DNA of 64,000 nucleotides from Ignavibacteriae bacterium HGW-Ignavibacteriae-1 (GCA_002839825.1 PGYU01000011.1:3218-67217), one strand, 5' to 3'. Positions 31,135 to 41,790 are shown, numbered from the stretch's first letter. Notes: a model not told the origin generated them from the letters alone. Numbers and translations: made by a program.

Positions 31135-31865
31135 TAATAAAGTTAATCCATTTGTTAAATGTATAAATTCTATATATCAAAATACTTAAAGCTCATTCTA
31201 AAATCTCGTTCAGGGAAACGGTGGGTTATCAATTTAAGTCAGAATCAAAGGATGGTGAATATAAAATTATTACTTAATGTTAGAAAATTGTTTGTCCAAA
31301 GTGTAAGTTCGTGCATTCTGTATGTCCATGTAAAATTTCTTCACCCATATGGTCGGATAACAGGAACAATTTATGAAATAACAAATCGAATAAGCGCTGA
31401 CGTTTCACATTTATTCCTAATTAATGTCACACATAGAACAACAAATATAACACTTTTCCATTAATAAACAATTGAAGTATCATTAATTAAAATTAATTTT
31501 GCTTGTGAGTGAAATGAGTTGGGATATACCGAGCAAAATGGCAACGACAACGATATGGATTACAAATTGTCAAAGCTGATGGTAACTTCGAATCAAAGCG
31601 ACTCGTTTCTGGGAGTAGTTGTGGAGTAGGCCAGGCTGTGATATTATTTTATTAAATTCCACTGAGGATCAACACCATCAACATAGTAACTATACCATGT
31701 TTATGTATTGACGGCCCAGAAGTCGAGAGCTAAAACTTTTGGTAGAGAATTTTTATCAAAAGTTTGCCCATTTATTTCCGACAAGAGTAGAGTAGTTAAT
31801 ATATTATAAGCAAGTTGATTGTTTTTGACATTATCACTTTTCAAGTTGAACATTTGTGAAAATAT

Positions 31866-33284
31866 TTATATCGAATGATAAATAAAAAATCTCAACGCTG
31901 TGTTTGAGCTGCTGTAGTTTTCATAATATTTATAATCGCCGTAACGTTCATATAAAAGGAATTCTAAACCGAGTGCAGTTTTTCGGGATAAGTGTAGATT
32001 AATTCCGGTATTAAGCAAACCGACGAATTCATTTCCTTCTGCACCGGCAAGTGTATGTATCCAATATCTCTTATAGTTGGAATAGACTTCGCCCAAATCA
32101 TTGAAAAGAAACTTTACTCCGATACTTCCGCTTGCGCCGGGTCCAAGATTATAATCTTTCTCTTCTTCAACTGCATATTGTGAATTTGTGCCCCCCATTA
32201 ATATTGCCGATATACTTATATTATTCTCCATTGTTAGTGAATTTGAGAGTAGAACTCGGTTGATCAATTGCCCTGTAGCACTCGTAGCGGTTAATTTATA
32301 AACATTATTTATAAATAAATCAATTTCTTTGTATAGACCGATTATGTTATCGGTGTTGTCAAAAAGTTCTAATTTACTGTCTGTGATAACCCCGCTAGCA
32401 AATATTGCGACTATTTCATCTCCTTCGGCAATATTAACTTCAGTGTGAAGTGAAAAATAGTCGAACGGTTTTGTGTGTTTATCAACATCAAACCGATCAC
32501 TATAATTAAGATTAGCTCTAAGAGTTAAATATGCTTTGCTTTCATTAATGTTTTTACTGAAAAACACGTTATGAACTCCGGTAGAGACAATCAGTTTGAA
32601 ATCGGGTCTTATATTCGGTGAACCCGATTTCCACATATCACCTCGTATTAGACGATTAAAACCCAGCATAGGATTTATTACGGTTGATGTAAACTCACGT
32701 AAGAATCTTTCAAATCCGGTTGAACTTTCATCTATAATTAAGTTTGAAACACGATATGATATTTCGCCTAAAGTTATTCCGCTGAAAGATGTTGTAATAA
32801 GATCGTTATAAGAAGGAGGCTTGTTTTCCATAAAAAGCTCCCACATTAAGCTTCCGCCGATTGTATAGGGGGCGGACTCCCAAAAGCTCAATCCGTTTGA
32901 ACGTGCGGCATTAAAATAATTTGCACCATGAAATGGATGAAGAAATTGATTCATTAAAAAACGATCATCATCCGAAACAAACCCGGTCTTAAAATTATCT
33001 TTAATTGTTCTCCAGCTGATTTTAGCAAAATCACTATCGAAGATATATGTGTTAACTGCACCGAGAGAAAGATTTAACCCGATAATTTCAACAGCAGGGA
33101 GCAGATAATTTTTCTCCGGTTGAGAGATTATTTTGGTTTGTTCACTATTAAAACTTTCCGAATAAACAGCCAAACCTGGAGGTAAATTTTGATTATTATC
33201 TTGTGCAATTATGTCTTGAGAAATAAAGAACAAACATATTATCACAAGAAAATTAAAGGTTAGCTTATAAATATTTTTTTTCAT
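31866..33284 (-). CDS. Hypothetical secreted / outer-membrane protein
   Basis: Signal peptide. 472 aa, beta-rich. Confidence 0.55.
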   Translation of the reverse strand: MKKNIYKLTFNFLVIICLFFISQDIIAQDNNQNLPPGLAVYSESFNSEQTKIISQPEKNYLLPAVEIIGLNLSLGAVNTYIFDSDFAKISWRTIKDNFKTGFVSDDDRFLMNQFLHPFHGANYFNAARSNGLSFWESAPYTIGGSLMWELFMENKPPSYNDLITTSFSGITLGEISYRVSNLIIDESSTGFERFLREFTSTVINPMLGFNRLIRGDMWKSGSPNIRPDFKLIVSTGVHNVFFSKNINESKAYLTLRANLNYSDRFDVDKHTKPFDYFSLHTEVNIAEGDEIVAIFASGVITDSKLELFDNTDNIIGLYKEIDLFINNVYKLTATSATGQLINRVLLSNSLTMENNISISAILMGGTNSQYAVEEEKDYNLGPGASGSIGVKFLFNDLGEVYSNYKRYWIHTLAGAEGNEFVGLLNTGINLHLSRKTALGLEFLLYERYGDYKYYENYSSSNTALRFFIYHSI

Positions 33285-33290
33285 TTTTAG

Positions 33291-33554
33291 TTATCCTTCA
33301 ATCAAATTCATTATAGTTCTGTGAGCTTTTTGAATATTGTACATTTCGGAATGAAGTATCGTCCAAAAACCGTCAATCTTATCTAGCTTTTTGACGGTAA
33401 GATTTTTAAGACGATATCCGTCTTTGTCGTCAAGCTCTTTTTGTCCGATCCACTGAGCGTCGTCTTTACCCTCATTATCATAGCTCCAATTTATAAAGGG
33501 AGCATTTCTAACATCGGCTGGAGATAGAAACTCTTTTTGATTATATAAACTCAT
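33291..33554 (-). CDS. Hypothetical small protein
   Basis: ORF 7 bp upstream of the previous gene. No signal peptide. Confidence 0.35.
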   Translation of the reverse strand: MSLYNQKEFLSPADVRNAPFINWSYDNEGKDDAQWIGQKELDDKDGYRLKNLTVKKLDKIDGFWTILHSEMYNIQKAHRTIMNLIEG

Positions 33555-33605
33555 ACTAAAGATTGCTGCCTTTAAAAGTTTTAGTGTTATTTACATTTAT
33601 GGATT

Positions 33606-34178
33606 TCATTTTAGAACTCCTTCTTTTTTTATCTCTTTTTCAATAATGCTAAGTAATTTATTTGCGATATCGTCGGTCAGTTTTTCATTGAAGAAAGAGA
33701 TAACTTTGCCCGTAGCATCTACCACAATTATGTTTGGATTATCTTCGGATAAATTCCATCCCTTTAATAAAACTTCATCATTATCAAGTACGTATGATTT
33801 AGTTGCATCTTCTTTTGCTCTTCCCTTAACTTTTCCTTCGATAATGCCGATGGGAATCCAAGTAGCTTCGGTATTAATTACCATTGTTACTTGTACAGAT
33901 TTGCGAGAATAAGCTTTACTATCTATCTTGTTAAGCAACGATTCAACATCCTTTTGCTGGTTCGGCGCAACATAAAAAACTATATTTAGTTTGTTTTTAA
34001 GATCAGAGCTTTTCCATTCGTTACCGTTAATATTGCCTCCTTTGTCTTTTCGCAAAACTAAATCCGGAAGATTTTTGTTAATCTTGATTTGGGCGTTTAA
34101 AGTAACTACAGCAAATAGGGAGAGCACTATAAACCGTGATATAGTGATGATACTTCTATGATTCTTATTCATTCTCAT
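33606..34178 (-). CDS. Hypothetical secreted protein (possibly YtfJ-like)
   Basis: Signal peptide; 190 aa. Confidence 0.5.
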   Translation of the reverse strand: MRMNKNHRSIITISRFIVLSLFAVVTLNAQIKINKNLPDLVLRKDKGGNINGNEWKSSDLKNKLNIVFYVAPNQQKDVESLLNKIDSKAYSRKSVQVTMVINTEATWIPIGIIEGKVKGRAKEDATKSYVLDNDEVLLKGWNLSEDNPNIIVVDATGKVISFFNEKLTDDIANKLLSIIEKEIKKEGVLK

Positions 34179-34331
34179 TTTTATTCCTTTTCTTTTTTTG
34201 TTGCAAAATACGCGTCAACACTATCCTATCTTAGATAGGAAGGATTTTGAAATAGTAATGTAAACTTTTCCTCAGGCGAATTACCTAATGAAGTTGCAAT
34301 AGTGCATCGTTCATCAATAATCTGTGCAAGG

Positions 34332-34514
34332 TTATTCAAGCAAAGCTACAATAATCTCCTCCTGCCCGGTAAAGTGCCTGTAAATAACACTTTCAGAGAA
34401 TTGCATTTCTTTGGCTAAGTTTTTTATGGTCAATCCGCCGGTACTTGATGAGGTAAGTATTCTGCCGGCAGCTTCAATGATTTCCATTTGTCTGTCTGTT
34501 ATAGTCATTGTCAT
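34332..34514 (-). pseudogene. TetR/AcrR-family regulator remnant: N-terminal HTH only; the frameshifted continuation is truncated
   Basis: The 60-aa ORF has a TetR HTH (EIIEAAGRIL...LTIKNLAKEMQFSESVIYRHF). Downstream, a different frame reads NNLAQIIDERCTIATSLGNSPEEKF, then a stop. Confidence 0.5.
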
Positions 34515-35188
34515 TTTTCGATGATATCCAATCTAAAGTTACTTTATGTTAGTGAACGTTCACTACGCAAAAGTATTGCAAAAAAATTACATATCCAATT
34601 TTTTTTCTTCAAAAGTTTTGAATAAGATTATCAGGATTTCGGGATGGACAGGGAATGAGACTCAGCAGAACAATAGGGTTGTGCTTCTGCAACCATAGGG
34701 TTAACCCTATGGTTGATATTTGAAGGATTACGAATTAAGTGTTGGCGATAAAATTGCGAACTATTCGCCGAATATCGAGGGCAATAGCATTGATTTGAAT
34801 TCATTTATGAATCATGCTTTGTTGAAAGCAAAAGGCAAAAATAATAAGGAAATAGTAGAAATTGAGAATTTGGTTGCGGCATACGAATTTGCGCAACTCA
34901 ATCTTCTGAATGCAAAAAAATCTATTACATAGCCACGCAATTTTGTCCGAGACTTTGTTAATCAAAAGTAAGCGTGGTCATTTTCGAAATGAAAAGATTG
35001 GAGTTTTCGACTTTGAAATCCGAATTGATGAACATAATTTATTTGAAGAAATGAACTTTGCTAAGGCAGTACATCTTCACAGTCAGCCTACACTTATGTT
35101 GACATCTTCAGTTTTTTTCCTTCTTTCCAAACCTTCGTTAATCAGCAATTTCATCAATGATTGATAAGGAAAGTTGAAGTTTAAAGGT

Positions 35189-36568
35189 TTAATCCTCAAC
35201 GCTTAATAATAATTTCCACCTATTTATTTCATCTTTTACAAAATTTGGATTTGGTGAACCAAAAGTTTTTTTGCGATAGAGGGAGCCTTCAACTTTAAAT
35301 ACTTCAATAGCAGTTTCATCAAAAATTGGATTGATTTTTTGTAATTGCTCTAATGAAAGTTGGTGCAATTTAGAATTATGTTCTTCGGCAAGTTTAACAA
35401 CTTCGCCAACAATGTGATGTGATTCTCTAAACGGTATTCCTTTAACAACAAGCCATTCTGCAAGCTCGGTTGAAAAAATAAAATCGCCTTCTAATTCATT
35501 TACAAATCTGTTTTTGTTAACAGTAAGCGTGCTAATCATTCCAATCATCATAGAAAGTGCTTGATAATAGTTGTTAAATGAATCAAAAACCGGCTCTTTA
35601 TCTTCTTGCATATCACGATTGTAGCTTAAAGGCAATCCTTTCATCATAGTGGAAACGGCTGTATAATTTCCATAAACTCTGCCTGTTTTACCTCTGCTTA
35701 GTTCTGCCATATCGGGATTTTTCTTCTGAGGCATTAGTGAAGAGCCGGTTGTAAAAGAATCACCCAATTTAATAAAATTAAACTCGGAAGTTGACCAGAT
35801 AATTAACTCTTCAGAAAGGCGGCTTATATGCATCATGCCAATATTACATGCGTTTAAGAAATCGAGGGCAAAATCCCTGTCCGAAATTGCATCCAAAGCG
35901 TTTGAAGCGGGTTTGCTAAAATTCAATTTTTCGGAAGTTAAATTTCTATCAAGTGGAAGAGTTGAGCCAGCAAGGGCTCCACAACCAAGTGGTGAAATGT
36001 TGGTCTCCTCAAAAACAAATTTTAAGCGATTTTTATCTCTTTCGAGCATTTCAATATAAGCAAGCAGATGAAATGCAAATGAAATTGGTTGGGCGCGTTG
36101 CAAGTGAGTATATCCCGGCATTATGGTTTCTGTATGCAATTCACTCAAGTTAATTAGTGCTTTTTGGAAATTAGATATTTCCTCTATCAAATTAGAAATT
36201 GCTTTTTTAGTCCAAAGTCTAAATCCTGTTGCTATTTGGTCATTTCTGCTTCTTCCTGTATGAAGTTTACCGGCAATTTCGCCGATTAGTTCAAAAAGCT
36301 TTGCCTCAACTGCGGAGTGAATATCCTCAAACTCAAATTCTTCCGGTTTCCATTCATTATTATTATATAGTTTTAGGATAGAATTTAGTCCGTTTACAAT
36401 TTTTATGGATTCATCTTCGGAAATAATATTTACGGATGCCAACATTTCTGCATGTGCAATGCTTATTTTAATATCTTCACCAATTAAATTTATATCAAAT
36501 GAAAGCGATGAAGAAAATTCCATTGCATTATCATTTAGTTTATCTTTAAATCTTCCGCCCCAAAGCAT
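35189..36568 (-). CDS. argH: Argininosuccinate lyase
   Basis: MLWGGRF... through the SSxMPQKKNPD signature. Confidence 0.95.
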   Translation of the reverse strand: MLWGGRFKDKLNDNAMEFSSSLSFDINLIGEDIKISIAHAEMLASVNIISEDESIKIVNGLNSILKLYNNNEWKPEEFEFEDIHSAVEAKLFELIGEIAGKLHTGRSRNDQIATGFRLWTKKAISNLIEEISNFQKALINLSELHTETIMPGYTHLQRAQPISFAFHLLAYIEMLERDKNRLKFVFEETNISPLGCGALAGSTLPLDRNLTSEKLNFSKPASNALDAISDRDFALDFLNACNIGMMHISRLSEELIIWSTSEFNFIKLGDSFTTGSSLMPQKKNPDMAELSRGKTGRVYGNYTAVSTMMKGLPLSYNRDMQEDKEPVFDSFNNYYQALSMMIGMISTLTVNKNRFVNELEGDFIFSTELAEWLVVKGIPFRESHHIVGEVVKLAEEHNSKLHQLSLEQLQKINPIFDETAIEVFKVEGSLYRKKTFGSPNPNFVKDEINRWKLLLSVED

Positions 36569-36681
36569 AATTGTGTTTCCTTATTATTTTAGAAATAAAA
36601 ATAAAAGACATTAAATACATGACAAAACACGGAGTTAACCCTCTTCTGTCATAGTATCTAATATCTTTCATTCATCTAAAT

Positions 36682-37917
36682 TTATTTGTTTCTAACTTGA
36701 CTAGCAGTTTTAAAAGGCAATCCATAAAGATGAATAAACCCGATAGAAGCTACTTGGTCAAATCTATCTCCATCAGAGTATGTTGCCAATTCTTCATTGT
36801 AAAGGCTAAACTCAGAATCTCTTGATAGCACTTTTAGAGTTCCTTTATAAAGTTCAATTTTAACATTTCCGGAAATATATTCTTGAGTTGAATCAACAAA
36901 AGCCATAAGCGAATTGAACAAAGGAGTGAACCATAATCCATCATAAATCATATTAGCTACTTGATTTGAAACACCTTGTTTATATCTAAATGTGTCCTTA
37001 TCCATAACTAATTTTTCAAGTTCATGATGTGCTTTATGTAAAATGGTGGCTGCCGGTGCTTCATAAATTTCTCTGGATTTAATTCCAACAACTCTATTTT
37101 CAATAATGTCTAATCTACCAATTCCATGTTTTGAACCAAGTGTATTTAGTTCAACAACCAAATCAACCGGGGATTTAGTTTCTCCATTAATAGCAATAGG
37201 AATACCTTTTGCAAAAGAAATTGTAATTGTTTCAGATTCATCCGGTGCATTTTTAGGATCTGTAGTAATTTGATATGCATCTGCCGGAGGTGCCACAGTA
37301 GGATCTTCTAAAACGCCGCATTCAATAGAAATTCCAAAAAGATTTTCATCTATTGAATAAGGTGATTCTTTTGTTGCTTGAACTGAAATGTTGTGTAGTT
37401 TGGCATATTCAATTTCTTGTTCTCTATTTTTGAACTCCCATGTTCTTAGTGGAGCTAAAATATTTAAATGTGGAGCAAGAGCCTGAATTCCTACCTCAAA
37501 TCTTACTTGATCATTTCCTTTTCCAGTTGCGCCATGAGCAACTGTATCTGCACCTTCTTTTATTGCAACATCAACGAGCATTTTAGCAAGTAAAGGTCTG
37601 CCAATTGAACATCCCATTGGATATTCGTTTTCGTAAAGAGCCCCAGCTTTTAGTGCTCTAAAAGCGTACTCTTTAATAAACTCTTCTTTTAAATCTATAA
37701 CGTGAACTTTTGAAGCTCCCGTTTTTAATGCTTTTTCTTCTAAGCCAACTAATTCGCTTTTCTGACCTAAATCACCGGTAACAGCAATAATTTCAGCGTC
37801 ATATTTTTCGCTTAACCATTTTACCATTACTGATGTATCAAGTCCACCGGAATAAGCAACAACAATTTTCTTTGGATTCAAAATTTTCTCCATATGAGTC
37901 CACTTTAATAGACTCAA
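36682..37917 (-). CDS. argG: Argininosuccinate synthase. The true start is probably the internal Met (MEKIL...) near 37893.
   Basis: AYSGGLDTS PP-loop and full-length collinearity. Confidence 0.95.
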   Translation of the reverse strand: MSLLKWTHMEKILNPKKIVVAYSGGLDTSVMVKWLSEKYDAEIIAVTGDLGQKSELVGLEEKALKTGASKVHVIDLKEEFIKEYAFRALKAGALYENEYPMGCSIGRPLLAKMLVDVAIKEGADTVAHGATGKGNDQVRFEVGIQALAPHLNILAPLRTWEFKNREQEIEYAKLHNISVQATKESPYSIDENLFGISIECGVLEDPTVAPPADAYQITTDPKNAPDESETITISFAKGIPIAINGETKSPVDLVVELNTLGSKHGIGRLDIIENRVVGIKSREIYEAPAATILHKAHHELEKLVMDKDTFRYKQGVSNQVANMIYDGLWFTPLFNSLMAFVDSTQEYISGNVKIELYKGTLKVLSRDSEFSLYNEELATYSDGDRFDQVASIGFIHLYGLPFKTASQVRNK

Positions 37918-38184
37918 TTAATAATGTGTTTTTAAAATCATGTTTCTCTTATAGAATTATGAACATTCTATATATTGACAATTTAATTCAACAAGTATTT
38001 TATCCACTGCATCTGATCCAATCTCCATCAGTATTACTTCTGCGGTGGCGGATCTGTTGAATTAGAGCGAGCCGCTTTTTGGTAGGTTGGGGGAGGGCAA
38101 GGGAGCTGAGATTACTGCCAGCACCGAACCACCGCCTGACACAAAACCCATGTTAGCGTTTCGTTGGTTATTTAATCAAATGGT

Positions 38185-38859
38185 TTAGTCCTTAACGCAG
38201 CGGACAGAGAAACCTTCTGGTTTCTCTGCAGGACCTTTGAACACGAGTTCGATATTGGTGTTCATACCTCTTATCCAGATACGCTCCGCATTAAATTCAG
38301 TAGAAGTCCACCAGCTACCTCCGTTATTAATTATATTGAATATTCCATCCATGGAACGATATCCACCCGGGAGCGCGTTAAAGCCTGATTCGTTTGTAGC
38401 TCCGTAATTAGGAGTCTCCCAATGGGAAGTTCCTGATTCTTTCAGCTTGCCACCAGCAACATCTTCACCTCCAAGATACGTTGTTAGTTCTGACCACTCG
38501 GCATCAGTTGGAATGTGCCAGCCGGTGGGGCAAAGTTTGTCTGTTTTTACTGCATATCCATTATATAATGCTCCATATTGGTTTTTATATGTTGAATCAT
38601 TATCATACCAATAATATGCAGGGGTTGTTAAAGATATTGAATCACGATTTATCCATGCCGAATTATCGGTAACTAATGGTATTGGCGTACCATCATTATA
38701 CTTTGTGGTTTTCAGGTTTTCTGCCATCCAGGTCTGCGTCCCTATGGTTACGGTTTTATATATATTTCCATCAATGTCTTTTACTGTTTGCGCCTTAACT
38801 GCTGTAAAACTTAAACTAACCAGTAGAACAGCTATGGTTTTTATTATTTTTTGTTTCAT
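38185..38859 (-). CDS. Secreted protein with a Fibrobacter succinogenes major paralogous domain (TIGR02145-like, related to DUF1566)
   Basis: DGNIYKTVTIGTQTWMAENL...CPTGWHIPTDAEW pattern. Confidence 0.8.
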   Translation of the reverse strand: MKQKIIKTIAVLLVSLSFTAVKAQTVKDIDGNIYKTVTIGTQTWMAENLKTTKYNDGTPIPLVTDNSAWINRDSISLTTPAYYWYDNDSTYKNQYGALYNGYAVKTDKLCPTGWHIPTDAEWSELTTYLGGEDVAGGKLKESGTSHWETPNYGATNESGFNALPGGYRSMDGIFNIINNGGSWWTSTEFNAERIWIRGMNTNIELVFKGPAEKPEGFSVRCVKD

Positions 38860-38874
38860 TGTACTTTGCCATGA

Positions 38875-39711
38875 TTACTTCTTAACAATTTCCACCCTGC
38901 GATTGAGTGCTTTGCCTTCCTCTGTTTCATTTGTTGTAACAGGACATACAGGACCAACGCCATCACCTGTCAATCGGGTTGCTAAGATATTATACTTTGT
39001 TACCAGGTAATTCTTAACTGATTCACCTCTGCTTTTTGAAAGTTTTTGATTCATATCATAGCTCCCCACGTTGTCTGTATGTCCAACGATGTAAACATTT
39101 AATCCAGGATTTTCCTTAAGATAGGTTGCAATTGAGCTTATCGCTTTCTCCGATTCAGGCTTGATGTCAGATTTTCCTGTATCAAAAAGAATACCATACA
39201 GGGCTATTTTCCCCTGTGAAGCAATACTCTCTTTTATATCCAATGCACTTACTTCCTGCTTCATCACATCAACTTCTATTGATATGATGCCGTAATTATC
39301 CAAATCGGTGCTATTCGTGTTTGCATTCACATAAATCCATAATTCTTTGCCATTGTAAGTGGTTTTAAATACAGATCCGTCGGATTCTTTTAATACTTCC
39401 CCTCCAGCTGCCTTGATAGCATTTGCATGATTTTGAAGTATCTGAAGTCCTGATACCTTCCTGGTGTTATCCTCCTTTTTATTAAACCACACTTCACGAT
39501 ATACACCTTCCTTTTTAATGGAGCGTGCTCCCCTGTCGACAATGAAATCATAAGATCCGAATTCAGAATAGTTGCAATAATCTTTCACGTAAAATCCATC
39601 AAAAACGGTGAAAAATTTAAAGGTTTTTTCAAGGCAATCCGGATTGTCATTCTGTGCATAAGAGAGTATAGGTATTGCGCATAAAAGAAGTAATAAGATG
39701 TGTTTTTTCAT
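38875..39711 (-). CDS. OmpA-family lipoprotein carrying the island-specific Cys-containing N-terminal domain (paralog 1)
   Basis: C-terminal OmpA_C domain (FDTGKSDI...NRRVEI). N-domain is shared with 39737..40753 and 43410..44339. Confidence 0.8.
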   Translation of the reverse strand: MKKHILLLLLCAIPILSYAQNDNPDCLEKTFKFFTVFDGFYVKDYCNYSEFGSYDFIVDRGARSIKKEGVYREVWFNKKEDNTRKVSGLQILQNHANAIKAAGGEVLKESDGSVFKTTYNGKELWIYVNANTNSTDLDNYGIISIEVDVMKQEVSALDIKESIASQGKIALYGILFDTGKSDIKPESEKAISSIATYLKENPGLNVYIVGHTDNVGSYDMNQKLSKSRGESVKNYLVTKYNILATRLTGDGVGPVCPVTTNETEEGKALNRRVEIVKK

Positions 39712-39736
39712 GATATTTTGTTTTTTTAATTAATAG

Positions 39737-40753
39737 TTAAAAAGAGCGAATCGCATGAACCCCAAGTTCTACAGAATAAAGAACAGTGCTTTGTACTCCT
39801 GTGATAAAGTTCTGGCATTGGGGGATTCCATTTCCGTCCTCCGTGGAACTGTAATAAGTCTCCATGCCCCATCGGTAAAACAAATCTTTTTGCAGATACA
39901 ATAAATTCAACTCGTAAAGCGACGGTAAATACCAATCACCATACACAAGACCATTGTTTTCAAATACTTGATGCTCAGAGCAAATCAAGGCTGCGTATTT
40001 TTGGCTATTCCCTCTTCCCTGACTTGCAATTATGACAGCTGTATTTGCTTTACCTGCACCAATACCATCGGCTCTTGCCATTGTATACTCATGAAAACCA
40101 GCTATTCCAGAGTTTTGATCATCTATTGCTGCTATTAATCCATGTTGTCCGTTATCATAAACATAAAACACAATACCACCTCCGTAATGTTCGCCAATGG
40201 TATGAATTGATGATACTCCTGAAACACCAGACGGGTTGGCAGACCCCAGAGAATCTTGCTGTCCCTGCTGTCCTGTTATTCCTGTTGATCCTGCCTCCTG
40301 ACTGCTTCCATCCATTTCGATAGAAATGACTCCGTAATTATCCAGGTCTTCGCTGTAGGTGTTGGCATTCACATAGATCCAGAATTCTTTACCCTGGTAT
40401 GTCAATGTAAATACGGACCCGTCCGATTCCGGCACCACTTCTCCTCCTGCCGCTTTAATTGCATCGGACTGTTGCTTAAGGATCTGCTGTCCTGAAATAT
40501 GCTTGTAATTGTCTGCCTTCCTTTTGTACCAGGCTTCGCGATATACTCCTACCTTGTGTATGGATCTGCTGTTCCTGTCAACGACAAAATCATAGGAGAA
40601 GTATTCAGAGAATTTGCAATAGTCACCTAAGTAGTATCCTTCAAAGGAAGGAAGGAAAGGCAATGCAGATTTCATGCAACCCTGGACATCATCCTGGGCT
40701 AATGCATAAAGGGAAAGACTGAACATAACAAGTGAAAGAATTGCTTTTTTCAT
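39737..40753 (-). CDS. Secreted protein: the same paralogous N-domain plus a DUF1566 (Lcl C-terminal-like) domain (paralog 2)
   Basis: N-domain about 60% identical to 38875..39711. C-terminal GGGIVFYV...GLIAA...DWYLPSLYEL motif of DUF1566. Confidence 0.7.
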   Translation of the reverse strand: MKKAILSLVMFSLSLYALAQDDVQGCMKSALPFLPSFEGYYLGDYCKFSEYFSYDFVVDRNSRSIHKVGVYREAWYKRKADNYKHISGQQILKQQSDAIKAAGGEVVPESDGSVFTLTYQGKEFWIYVNANTYSEDLDNYGVISIEMDGSSQEAGSTGITGQQGQQDSLGSANPSGVSGVSSIHTIGEHYGGGIVFYVYDNGQHGLIAAIDDQNSGIAGFHEYTMARADGIGAGKANTAVIIASQGRGNSQKYAALICSEHQVFENNGLVYGDWYLPSLYELNLLYLQKDLFYRWGMETYYSSTEDGNGIPQCQNFITGVQSTVLYSVELGVHAIRSF

Positions 40754-41040
40754 AATATTTCAACTTTGTTTCTATTTGTGCATGATTATTATTTTTTAAT
40801 AAAAATAGCTTACAATATTTATTATTTTCCCCAATGAACGCCAACTTGTTTATTTACACAATAATATCATATATCGTTATACAAATCTAACAATATATTT
40901 AATATCTACAAAATTATTTTGTATGAAAAACAAAATATTTATAAATTTCCAAATTCTTAGCGATGCTGTAATCGAGCAAAGACTTTGGTAGAAGAACAGC
41001 TTGATTTAATCATTGAAATACCGATTTTGGGTAAATGCTG

Positions 41041-41373
41041 TTAACGGTTCGAGCTTTTGTCATCCGTGTCATTTAATTTGTTCAGTATGTATTTCTGCGG
41101 CGCTGTCTTGGGAACTCGTTTAATAATTTGTCGTGCTTCTAGGTCAAGTTTTACCCATTCCAAATACCAATTTAATGAGCCATCAAATTTTATTTTCTTC
41201 TCCTTAAAGTCTTGGGCAATAGTTTTTGATATCTCAGAAAAAGTTCCGTCCGTTTTTTCAGTCAGATATTTTACTATTTCTGTTTTCAATATCTCAAACT
41301 TGTCTCTGCTGATGCTGACAGCTTTCTTTCCCTGCGGGTGTTTGAGTTGTATTTTTTGTTTTTCCATTTTCAA
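41041..41373 (-). CDS. Hypothetical protein
   Basis: Last gene of a three-gene operon; 21-bp gap to the upstream gene. Confidence 0.45.
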   Translation of the reverse strand: MKMEKQKIQLKHPQGKKAVSISRDKFEILKTEIVKYLTEKTDGTFSEISKTIAQDFKEKKIKFDGSLNWYLEWVKLDLEARQIIKRVPKTAPQKYILNKLNDTDDKSSNR

Positions 41374-41394
41374 AATTTTTTACAGAGAATAATT

Positions 41395-41790
41395 TCATTT
41401 GGTTAATTTATATCCTAAGTAACTGCCCAAAAATTTTGCAGTATTGGCAATTGCAAAAAATAAAATGAAGTCAGACCATTTCACGCCTGCTGCCGTTATG
41501 ATGATGAAGTCCAACAAAATATAAATGATTGGAAAAAAAATTATCAATTTGAATACATTCGGGTATTCTTTGTTCTTCCAATATCGTGCAACCAGAAAGA
41601 ATACGACAAACCCAAAAATACCTGAAATATAAGGAGCAGAAGAATTTGCATGTGCTTCATAAACACTTTGTTCTTGTCCAGGATTTATGAGATAAGAATA
41701 TACTGCAACTTCAAGGAATGAAATGATAACTAAGGTTATCATAGTCGCTATTGCCAATCCAATTAGTTTTAAAATCACATATTTTTTCAT
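41395..41790 (-). CDS. Small integral membrane protein
   Basis: Four predicted TM helices. Confidence 0.5.
   Translation of the reverse strand: MKKYVILKLIGLAIATMITLVIISFLEVAVYSYLINPGQEQSVYEAHANSSAPYISGIFGFVVFFLVARYWKNKEYPNVFKLIIFFPIIYILLDFIIITAAGVKWSDFILFFAIANTAKFLGSYLGYKLTK

Noticed and set aside
33291-33554. 87-aa ORF as an N-terminal piece of the 472-aa downstream gene, a frameshifted single gene
   Set aside because: The 472-aa protein has its own signal peptide and start. The 87-aa ORF lacks a signal peptide and is separated from it by stop plus 7 bp. Treated as a separate low-confidence small gene.
38031-38150. Possible tRNA or SRP RNA in the GC-rich segment after argG
   Set aside because: The ends GCGGTGG/CCACCGC could pair like an acceptor stem. 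The span is about 94 nt with no recognisable D-loop, T-loop (GTTCRA) or CCA, and no SRP domain IV motif. Kept as an unclassified element in the findings instead.
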